From: an uncultured Terricaulis sp.
GTDB lineage: Bacteria > Pseudomonadota > Alphaproteobacteria > Caulobacterales > Aquidulcibacteraceae
DNA: 64,000 bases
Direction of reading: 5' to 3'
NCBI GenBank assembly: GCA_964478365.1
Contig: CAYZIJ010000001.1
Coordinates: 133,267-197,266 of the forward strand
A program made the translations under genes and the position numbers. Shown here in pieces: positions 56,875 to 64,000 of the stretch. The notes under the pieces are model-generated. The model ran no database searches. It was not told the origin of the DNA and was given only the letters and a program-made list of their open reading frames with translations. The number at the start of each line of letters is the position of its first letter. Positions within the stretch are counted from its first letter, which is position 1.

Positions 56875-57138
56875 TTACGACTTGCGATGCGCGGCGGTTT
56901 CCACGACCCAGCCCGTTGGCGTCTGCCGCGCTTCGAGCACGCCATCAGCTTGCGGCGCCTTGCGCGGGCGCAAGCGCATCGCGACAGCGGCGCCTGCAAT
57001 CATGAGGCCGACCACCATCGCCGCCGCGAACGCAAACACGAGAGCCAAGGCCGCGCCGATCGCCAGAACGACGAGACCAGCCGCGCGCAAGAAAGCGCTG
57101 AGAGCGGCGGAACCAAAGTCGGCGGCGTTAGCGGTCAT
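56875..57138 (-). CDS. Small membrane protein
   Basis: Long Ala-rich hydrophobic hairpin and tail VLEARQTPTGW. Confidence 0.65.
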   Translation of the reverse strand: MTANAADFGSAALSAFLRAAGLVVLAIGAALALVFAFAAAMVVGLMIAGAAVAMRLRPRKAPQADGVLEARQTPTGWVVETAAHRKS

Positions 57139-57250
57139 CGGTGGCGAACTCCTTAGCCAGACCAATATTGGAGAAGGAGCCTCAGTGATCAATGCGGCGC
57201 GCGTGCGGCGCACATGTGGATTGGTTACTTCGCCCACGTGTTGGGCGCAG

Positions 57251-57943
57251 TTACTCGGCGTCGACGCTCATTTCCTCACGGATCTTGGCGTAAGCGGCAT
57301 TGATAGAGCCTGTTTTCTGGCGCGCGATTTCCACAAACTCCGGTGGAGCGCCACGCTGAACCATGCGGTCGGGATGATTTTCCGCCGCCACCCGCCGCCA
57401 AGCATGACGCACTTCTTCCATGGTCGCGCCCGGCAACAATCCAAGCACCGCATAGGGATCGCCCGCATCGGGGCCAAGATTGGTCGCCTTGATGCGGCGA
57501 TATTCCATTTCGGAGAACCCGAAATATCCAGCTACCTCAGTCAGATAGTCGAGCTCACACACGGTGAGCGGCCCATCGGCGCCGGCGATGTGGAAAAGGC
57601 CGTCCAGTACGTCCTCCAGCAGGCATGGGCGCGCGCGGTATTTCCGACCGATCTGCTTTGCATAGGATTCGAATCCCAAAACCGTCTGGTTCGCCAGCAT
57701 GAAGGCGCGCCGGAAATGCTCTTCTTCACCCGGCGGCGGACGGAACACCTGCGCAGCGGCGGCAAGCTCAGCCTCGGTGGTGACGCCATCGGCGCGCGCC
57801 ATTTTCGCGGCCAAGCCAATAACGGCGGCGGTAAAACCGACGTCATTCGGGCGTGGGGCGCATTCTTCGCCAAATTCGGGCGGATCGGCCTCCGGGTCGA
57901 ACGCTCGCGCAGCCATATCAACAATCCTGGACCAGACGGACAT
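57251..57943 (-). CDS. TerB-like plus J-domain co-chaperone (DjlA-like)
   Basis: AAKMARADG, LFHIAGADG, DPYAVLG, ENHPD. Confidence 0.92.
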   Translation of the reverse strand: MSVWSRIVDMAARAFDPEADPPEFGEECAPRPNDVGFTAAVIGLAAKMARADGVTTEAELAAAAQVFRPPPGEEEHFRRAFMLANQTVLGFESYAKQIGRKYRARPCLLEDVLDGLFHIAGADGPLTVCELDYLTEVAGYFGFSEMEYRRIKATNLGPDAGDPYAVLGLLPGATMEEVRHAWRRVAAENHPDRMVQRGAPPEFVEIARQKTGSINAAYAKIREEMSVDAE

Positions 57944-57990
57944 GGCCCATTGTCGCCGATGGTAGCCGCGCACGCTAGTGATACAGATGT

Positions 57991-58016
57991 GAAACCGTCG
58001 CGGCATGCAGTGCGTT
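57991..58016 (+). promoter_or_regulatory. ECF-type promoter candidate for the fasciclin gene
   Basis: GAAAC-N17-CGTT, 8 nt upstream of the ATG. Confidence 0.45.
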
Positions 58017-58024
58017 CACCGCCC

Positions 58025-58573
58025 ATGACCGGTTCCTACACACGCGCCGCGCTACTCGCGCTCTTTTTGACGGCCGCGCCCGTCGCCCTCGCTCAAACAG
58101 GCGAGCGCTATTTGATTGCCGACACCAACACGCCCAATCCTGACGGCGATGTCATCGACGTCGCAGCGGCGACCGGCCAATTCACATACTTCCTCGAAGC
58201 AGTCGAACAGACCGGCTACGAAGAAACGCTACGCGGCGAAGGGCCGTTCACGATTTTTGCGCCGACAGACGAAGCATTTCGCTCGATGAGCGAACGCGAG
58301 CGCGAGCGCTTGTTTGCGCCTGAGAACCGCGACGAGCTGCTGGCGCTGCTAGCGTTTCACGTCGTCGATGAACGCGTGACCAGTGAAAGCGCGTCGGGCC
58401 GCTTGATGCGTGAAGAGGCGTCCGACGGCCACACGCTGACCATCGACGGTCGCGATGGTTTGCGCATCAACGATCAACTCGTCGCCATGCCGGATATCAC
58501 TGCCACGAACGGCGTGATCCAAGGGATCAACAGCGTGCTCAGCCAGCCGGTGATGGTGGCGTCGCTGGATTAG
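58025..58573 (+). CDS. Secreted fasciclin (FAS1) domain protein
   Basis: Signal peptide, GPFTIFAPTDEAF, LAFHVV, ATNGVIQGINSVL. Confidence 0.93.
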   Translation: MTGSYTRAALLALFLTAAPVALAQTGERYLIADTNTPNPDGDVIDVAAATGQFTYFLEAVEQTGYEETLRGEGPFTIFAPTDEAFRSMSERERERLFAPENRDELLALLAFHVVDERVTSESASGRLMREEASDGHTLTIDGRDGLRINDQLVAMPDITATNGVIQGINSVLSQPVMVASLD

Positions 58574-59465
58574 CGCGCAGTGCCGCAATTTCAGCGCGGA
58601 GTGCGCGTACCTCGTCGAGGATGCGCTTCTGCACGACGGCCGCGTCTTCCTGCGCTTCGGCAATGCCCTCCACCTCTTCTTCGAGTTCGTCGATCTCTTC
58701 CTTGATCGCTTCTTGCGGCGCCTGTTGCACGGCCTCGACGATGACGCCGATGAACAGGTTCAGCACGGCGAACGCCGCAATGACAGTGAAGCTCATCACG
58801 AAGAACCACGCGAACGGGTAGGTCGGCTGCAGCCGCGCGATGGTGTCGCCCCAACCGTCGAACTGCGACAGCGCAAACAGCGAAAGCGCACTTTCGCCGA
58901 GATCGCGGAAGCCCTCTTCGTTGTGGAAGAGCGTCGTGCCCATCACGGCGCCAATGTAGAAAACGATGCCAAGGATGGCGAGCGTCGCCAAAATGCCGGG
59001 CATGGCGCTGAACAAAGCCTCGACCACGCGACGCATCTGCGGCACCGCGCTGATCAGACGAAAAATGCGGACGACGCGAAGTGTACGCAGCGCCGAGATC
59101 ACCGGCGAAACCGCCCACCAGCTCACGCCGACGACAATCAGATCGAAGATGTTCCAACCGCGGCTGAAGTAGCGCTTGGGACCTTGCGCAAGAAACTCGA
59201 GCACCAGTTCGACCGTGAAGATGTACAGGAAGTACATATTCCACTGCTCGATCAGAGCGTGATACGGGCCTGTCTCACCGTTGTGGGCGTCGTAACCGAG
59301 GATCGCGGCGTTCGCGATGATGCAAGCGACAATGAAGAGTTCCCAGACGAGATTCTGGGTCAGCCACCGAAATAGCGGAATGCCGCCCTGCTGCGTCTTC
59401 TTGCTCTTCGGTTTCACTTGAGCCGGCGCACCAGCGCCAGCGGCGGCGGCCGCCACATTCGCCAT
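58539..59465 (-). CDS. Voltage-gated ion channel, BacNav family
   Basis: IFTVELVL, WNIFDLIVV, S4 LRTLRVVRIFRL, filter QFDGWGD, S6 LNLFIGVIV, C-terminal coiled coil. Confidence 0.93.
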   Translation of the reverse strand: MANVAAAAAGAGAPAQVKPKSKKTQQGGIPLFRWLTQNLVWELFIVACIIANAAILGYDAHNGETGPYHALIEQWNMYFLYIFTVELVLEFLAQGPKRYFSRGWNIFDLIVVGVSWWAVSPVISALRTLRVVRIFRLISAVPQMRRVVEALFSAMPGILATLAILGIVFYIGAVMGTTLFHNEEGFRDLGESALSLFALSQFDGWGDTIARLQPTYPFAWFFVMSFTVIAAFAVLNLFIGVIVEAVQQAPQEAIKEEIDELEEEVEGIAEAQEDAAVVQKRILDEVRALRAEIAALRANPATPPSPAG

Positions 59466-59942
59466 GATCGATCCCCTCGTGCTGGGACCCCACTCCCAAC
59501 GGCGGCGAACCTATCGCGGGAGTCGCGGCGTGCGAAAGCCCTTCAAGACTCTTGTGCAGGCTCCCGACCAACCTTGGCCACCACCTCAGCAATGCGCGTA
59601 AGCTTGCGTGTTTGACGGCTCGCGCAGGCGTCAGCCGTGGGCCTAGAGAATACGGAGCGCAGCCAGGCCGGAAGTTCGCCTGCTTTGAGCTGGCGGTTTG
59701 ATCGCTGGGTCATGAGGTTACGCCCTTCGACGCCCGCAAACACTCGTAAAATCACAGATGGTGATCGCTTCGCAAGCATTCGCGCTCAGCAACAATACGC
59801 GCGACGCAAACGAAGTCTATAAACAATAGACGCACCTGCGGATTAAGAATAGCGAATATTTTAGATTTGTACGCTCTAGACCTGAAAATACTAAGAGACG
59901 GTCTATGATTATTTACCGAACTATGGGGATACCGCTTATTTG

Positions 59943-59967
59943 GGAACTTGTACGCCGCTTACTCATT
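59943..59967 (+). promoter_or_regulatory. EcfG/sigmaT-type promoter candidate
   Basis: GGAAC-N16-CATT upstream of 60008. Confidence 0.45.
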
Positions 59968-60007
59968 GTCCGCACTGGGAACTTGGAACTCGATGAGCTG
60001 AATATCC

Positions 60008-60262
60008 ATGAACGACCTCACCCGCGCTGAACGCCTACAGATCATGCTGACGCAAGAAGAACTCGCCGCACTGGACGATTGGCGATTTGCCCATCGCATG
60101 CCGAGCCGCGCTTCCGCCGTGCGTGAATTGTTGAAACGCGGCCTCTCAGCCGAAGGCTATGCGCCGACCGACAGCAGCAGGCACTCACGGGATTTTGGCG
60201 TCACGAACCGTGCGGCGAAGCCGACAAACGGCGGAAATGGCGGCGATCCCGAAGCCGGCTGA
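60008..60262 (+). CDS. Ribbon-helix-helix (CopG-like) DNA-binding protein
   Basis: ERLQIMLTQEELAALDDWRFAHRMPSRASAVRELLKRGL. Confidence 0.8.
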   Translation: MNDLTRAERLQIMLTQEELAALDDWRFAHRMPSRASAVRELLKRGLSAEGYAPTDSSRHSRDFGVTNRAAKPTNGGNGGDPEAG

Positions 60263-60277
60263 TTAGCGGACCATCGC

Positions 60278-60958
60278 TTAGCCGACTGGGATAATAGCCT
60301 CAGCAGACACCGTCTGCACCTGCATCGCGACCTGCTCGGCCTGACGCTGCTGTTCAGCCTCAGTGAGCATGTTCTGGATGAAGCCCTGAACTTGGTACGT
60401 CCGTCCGCCCCAGTGACGGCCAGGCACATTCCAAACTTGCACCTGACTCCAATCGCCAGCCGGCGACACATCGCGGATCGGCACGTCGCGCGTGATCTCG
60501 CCCGAATTCAACCAATTCGAATGATCGACGATGATCAGGCGTGGCGACACCACTTCACGCACAACCGCAACGTGGCCACGCGTGTTGGTGTTGTAGCCGC
60601 GCAGAACCAGCACTGAGCCTTCGTCCGGATCAGCAGAGGTTTCGTAGCGGTCGCGTGCTTGCTGCCACCAGGTATTGGCGTTGCCATAAATTTCGACGCC
60701 GGACTCGCGGCGCGCAAACGGCACGCACTGCAAGCGCGAACCCCAGTTCGTTACGCGAGCCGTCGGCTCGTACGCCTCGTCCGGCAACCGCTCGAAATCG
60801 GCGGGCGCCATGGTGGCGTGTTCTGATGGCCCCTCCGTAACTGACGGGTCGACAGCAAGATCCATCGACAATGGTGTCAGCGCCTCTGCTTCCGACGGCA
60901 GACCTGAAAGGCCTGCAGCGGCTGCAGCAGCGAGAAGAAGCGCGCGGGAGTCGACCAT
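60278..60958 (-). CDS. CHAP-domain peptidoglycan hydrolase, exported
   Basis: LQCVPFARRESG, YGNANTWW, GHVAVV, HSNW. Confidence 0.9.
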   Translation of the reverse strand: MVDSRALLLAAAAAAGLSGLPSEAEALTPLSMDLAVDPSVTEGPSEHATMAPADFERLPDEAYEPTARVTNWGSRLQCVPFARRESGVEIYGNANTWWQQARDRYETSADPDEGSVLVLRGYNTNTRGHVAVVREVVSPRLIIVDHSNWLNSGEITRDVPIRDVSPAGDWSQVQVWNVPGRHWGGRTYQVQGFIQNMLTEAEQQRQAEQVAMQVQTVSAEAIIPVG

Positions 60959-61170
60959 GCCCTGGTGTCCAGGCGAGCTATTGCCCCAAACTGAGACACA
61001 CAAAGCCGCCTGCGGAGTAAAAGAATACTTAAGACGACAGCTGAACTTCAGGAAAGGTAGTGTTCTCTATGGTAAAGAGAATCCTATCTCACAAGATGTG
61101 GACTGGTCTTCAAGTAATACAGGTTAACGCTAGTCTTACCAAACCGGCAAGAATGCTTAACGGGGAACAC

Positions 61171-61752
61171 TCAGCCTAACGCAGCGCTCAGGCTGAACGG
61201 ATGAATGAAGCCATCGGCGGTGTAGATTCGCCCGCCCCAGTGGCCGCCCGGAATATGCCAGACCCGGATTTCAGACCAATCATTATTGGGCGACACATCA
61301 AGCATCGGCACGCCTACGCTGATCTCGCCATTGTTGAGCCAGTTGGCTTGATCGACCCGGATCAGGCGGCTGGAATCGATGCGGGTCACCACAGCGACAT
61401 GGCCGCGACCCGGATTATTGTAGCCGCGCATGACCAGGACAGAGCCAGGGGCGGGCCGGCTCGACCGCGGATAGCGGCCGGCGGCCTGGGCCCACCAAGT
61501 GTTGGCGTCGCCGAAAATCTCCACCCCGGACTCGCGGCGCGCAAACGGCACGCATTGCAGGCGAGCGCCGGGGTCAGCAACCCGGGGCTCCTCGCCTCCA
61601 CCCCAACGTGGCTGAACCTCGGAAAACGCTGGCGCGCGCCCCCGCAAGCCACCGGAGACCGGCGCTGGCGTGGAGGCGCAGGCAGTCAAAACCGCCGCCA
61701 TCAACCCAAGCGCTAGAGACCGGGCCAGGCCATTTCTCAATCGAATCGACAT
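61171..61752 (-). CDS. CHAP-domain peptidoglycan hydrolase, lipoprotein
   Basis: Lipobox LTAC, LQCVPFARRESG, GHVAVV, QANW. Confidence 0.9.
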   Translation of the reverse strand: MSIRLRNGLARSLALGLMAAVLTACASTPAPVSGGLRGRAPAFSEVQPRWGGGEEPRVADPGARLQCVPFARRESGVEIFGDANTWWAQAAGRYPRSSRPAPGSVLVMRGYNNPGRGHVAVVTRIDSSRLIRVDQANWLNNGEISVGVPMLDVSPNNDWSEIRVWHIPGGHWGGRIYTADGFIHPFSLSAALG

Positions 61753-61864
61753 CTCAAAGGCAGCATAAACCGTTTCGGTTGGTATCCGGTGAATGCGCCC
61801 ATCCGTCGCGAGACCAGCCGCCGCAGGCTTGACCAACAGTTAAAAACGGGGCCACCGGGAGCGG

Positions 61865-62401
61865 ATGGCCTCCGACCGCCCCGCTTTGATCGTCCGCCCC
61901 TGCTTCCAGCAGGACCTCGAATACGTGCAGCTGATCTACGCTCACCACGTGCTTTCGGGCACGGGCACGTTCGAGATCGAGCCGCCAAGCTTGGAGGACA
62001 TGACCGACCGCTGGAGCAAAATCGTCGACAAAGGCTGGCCGTTCTTCGTCGCCTCACCAGTCAGCGATTTGAGCCGCATCCTGGGCTTTGCTTACGCCGC
62101 CCAGTATCGCGACCGCGCCGCCTACGCGAAGACCTTCGAATGCTCAGTCTATGTCGGTCCGACCACGCAACGCCAAGGCGCAGGCACGCTTTTGCTCGGT
62201 GAAGTGTTGACCACCTTGCGCGGCGATGGAGTGCGCGAAGTGCTCGCCTTCATCGGCGACAGCTACAACGCCGCTTCGATCGGACTGCACGGGAAGCTCG
62301 GCTTCAACATGGTCGGACGACTCACGAAGGTCGGCGAAAAGTTTGGGGCGCCACTGGATGTCGTCGTTATGCAGCGCACACTGCCGGCGCCGAAATCCTG
62401 A
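61865..62401 (+). CDS. GNAT N-acetyltransferase (Pat/YncA type)
   Basis: IYAHHVLSGTGTFE, LGFAYA, RAAYAKTFECSVYV, ASIGLHGKLGF, VGEKFG. Confidence 0.92.
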   Translation: MASDRPALIVRPCFQQDLEYVQLIYAHHVLSGTGTFEIEPPSLEDMTDRWSKIVDKGWPFFVASPVSDLSRILGFAYAAQYRDRAAYAKTFECSVYVGPTTQRQGAGTLLLGEVLTTLRGDGVREVLAFIGDSYNAASIGLHGKLGFNMVGRLTKVGEKFGAPLDVVVMQRTLPAPKS

Positions 62402-62541
62402 TGAAACGCCTACGCCTGCTTGCGTTCCGCGCAGATGCTGCACGCGCTCAGTGCAAGCGAACTGTAAACTTTGGTCACGAATCTTAGGATTTGAGTAACC
62501 ATACGCGCACAGTCTTGGCGGGTGTTTGGGAGGAGATCGCG

Positions 62542-63228
62542 ATGCTCATACGCAAGCTCGTGGTCGTTGGTTTGGTCGGGTTCGTAACGTTAGCCGCGAG
62601 TATCGCTACCGCCGAAGATGCGGTCGGTCCCAGCGCTTCATATATCGGCGTCGACGGCGCAAATTTCGCTGATCCGGCGGACGCATTCTCTGACAGATTT
62701 CAATTGGACATCAGTCCGGGCCGCGAAGGGCGCTTTGCCTCGTTTACGCCGGATCCGTCGCGTGAACGCTCGAGCGGGCGCAATCGTGCCTACGAGGTCT
62801 CGGTCGTCGCAGATGCCGGCAACGGCGTGGATGTCGCCTTCGCGCAACGCGGTGGCGTCGGCTTTAACTCCCAAGGCGATGTCGAACGCGAAAGCCGAGC
62901 ATCCGAAGTGCGACTGGGTCGTGGTCTGCGCGCCATGCGCGACGACGAGCCGTCGGCGGGATCGCGCTGGTACCTCTTCGCAGCCTCGGAAGACGAGGCT
63001 CTGATTTGGGCGCCAGGCAGCCGCAGCGAGTTCGGCGCCGCCGCCGGTGGCTTTGCCCTGCAAGACCGCGTCGAGATCGGCGACATGCAGGCTGGCGTCA
63101 CCTACGAGGCGAATGGCTGGCAGACTTCTTTCGCCTACGTTCAACGCGAAATCAGCGCCCGCAGCGGCGCACGAACCTACCATCAGGGTGAACGCTTCGT
63201 CGGCCTGACGGTAACCATGCGCCACTGA
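62542..63228 (+). CDS. Exported beta-strand protein (LpxR/DUF2219-like C-terminus), paralog of next gene
   Basis: GGAGG RBS, signal peptide, SEVRLGRGL, WYLFAASEDEALIW, VEIGDMQAG, FAYVQRE. Confidence 0.7.
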   Translation: MLIRKLVVVGLVGFVTLAASIATAEDAVGPSASYIGVDGANFADPADAFSDRFQLDISPGREGRFASFTPDPSRERSSGRNRAYEVSVVADAGNGVDVAFAQRGGVGFNSQGDVERESRASEVRLGRGLRAMRDDEPSAGSRWYLFAASEDEALIWAPGSRSEFGAAAGGFALQDRVEIGDMQAGVTYEANGWQTSFAYVQREISARSGARTYHQGERFVGLTVTMRH

Positions 63229-63348
63229 GCCGAGGAGAGCACACCGCAGGGGGAAGCGGCCATGGCGTTCTCAAAAGACTTAACAGGCCACGGAACATGT
63301 GGCAGCCATTATGCATTGCCGCTTCGAACGTTCCTAAACGAGGCTGTG

Positions 63349-64000
63349 ATGGGTGGTTTGGGTTCAATACGGGTAGTTTTAGCGGCGGGCTGCGCGCTTG
63401 CCGCAGGCTCTGTCGGCGTGTCGCTCGCATCGGCGCAAGAAGGCCCGCCAGTACCGGTGAGCTTCGAAGACCCGGCCGCACGCATCGGCCCCTCCGATCC
63501 GGTACTCGATCTTTCTGTCCGTGACGCCAATCCCCGCTTCGCGCCGATCGCTGCGCCCGGCGCCGACGGCGACACCCCGCGCCGGCTTGAGCTTGAACTT
63601 GCAGCCGGCGGCGGCGACTCCCCGCTCGATATCTCAGTTTCACAGCGCGCCTCACTTGGCTCTGACGCCAACGGCGACATCTCTCGCCGCGGATCCGGTT
63701 CGGAAGTCCGGGTGGGTCGCGGCTTGGTCAGCGATGAAGGCAACCGCACCCAAAACGGCGGTTCAGCCGTGTACGCCTTCGTCGCCTCAGACGATGAAGC
63801 GCTGACTTGGCAACCTGGCGCCCGCAGCGATTTCGGCGGCAGCGGCTCGTCGCTCAGCCTGCAAGAACAGGTCGAAATCGGCGACGTATCGGCCGGCGTC
63901 ACGTTTGAGCGTAACGGCGTTCAAACCTCATTGGCCTACGTTGAGCGCGAAGAGAGCGCTAGCGTCGGTGGACGTCACTTCAGCCAAAACACGACGTTTA
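63349..64000 (+). CDS. Exported beta-strand protein, paralog of 62542..63228 (runs off the window)
   Basis: Translated by hand: MGGLGSIRVVLAAG..., SEVRVGRGL, VYAFVASDDEALTW, VEIGDVSAG, LAYVERE. Confidence 0.7.
   Translation, partial: MGGLGSIRVVLAAGCALAAGSVGVSLASAQEGPPVPVSFEDPAARIGPSDPVLDLSVRDANPRFAPIAAPGADGDTPRRLELELAAGGGDSPLDISVSQRASLGSDANGDISRRGSGSEVRVGRGLVSDEGNRTQNGGSAVYAFVASDDEALTWQPGARSDFGGSGSSLSLQEQVEIGDVSAGVTFERNGVQTSLAYVEREESASVGGRHFSQNTTF

Noticed and set aside
55559-58024. 1004-aa plus-strand ORF
   Set aside because: It runs through rnpB and antisense to three real genes. Only the last 182 aa (fasciclin) are coding.
59543-59713. 56-aa ORF upstream of the channel (MTQRSNRQ...)
   Set aside because: No recognisable motif and not NepR-like. 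Coding status cannot be supported.
61016-61170. CtrA boxes between the CHAP genes and at 1164-1175 and 19744-19758
   Set aside because: Half-site spacings are 4, 6 or 8 nt rather than 7, so they were not called.
1-64000. tRNA, rRNA, integrase or transposase genes
   Set aside because: None recognised by eye. tRNAscan-SE and ISfinder searches would be needed to exclude them fully.

Overview
GC-rich alphaproteobacterial chromosome segment. Gene content and repeats suggest a Caulobacterales/Hyphomonadaceae-type organism (inference). It carries core genes: thrS-yidD, cysS, folE, rluD, rpoH, rnpB and the dcw cluster rsmH-ftsL-ftsI-murE-murF-mraY-murD-ftsW-murG...murC...murB...ddl-ftsQ-ftsA on the minus strand. 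The dcw cluster has no adjacent mraZ or ftsZ and is broken up by inserted modules: an ECF sigma/anti-sigma unit with a duplicated microprotein, lipoprotein pairs, cystathionine beta-synthase and gamma-lyase, and two convergent TIR-domain genes. Intergenic DNA holds several palindromic REP-like families. The best leads are: (1) a probably leaderless Thr6 leader peptide upstream of yidD-thrS whose Thr codons are complementary to the yidD initiation region; (2) a canonical LexA box over a sigma70-like promoter of rpoH; (3) a TIR-winged-helix gene tail-to-tail with a degenerate membrane-anchored TIR; (4) a 1.3 kb cassette bracketed by ~60 bp inverted repeats that carries an orphan Cas2/VapD-like gene; (5) a BacNav-family channel with an unusual QFDGWGD filter; (6) a sigma-region-2-like microprotein. 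I saw no tRNA, rRNA, CRISPR array or transposase. All family assignments come from motif recognition by eye and no database was searched.
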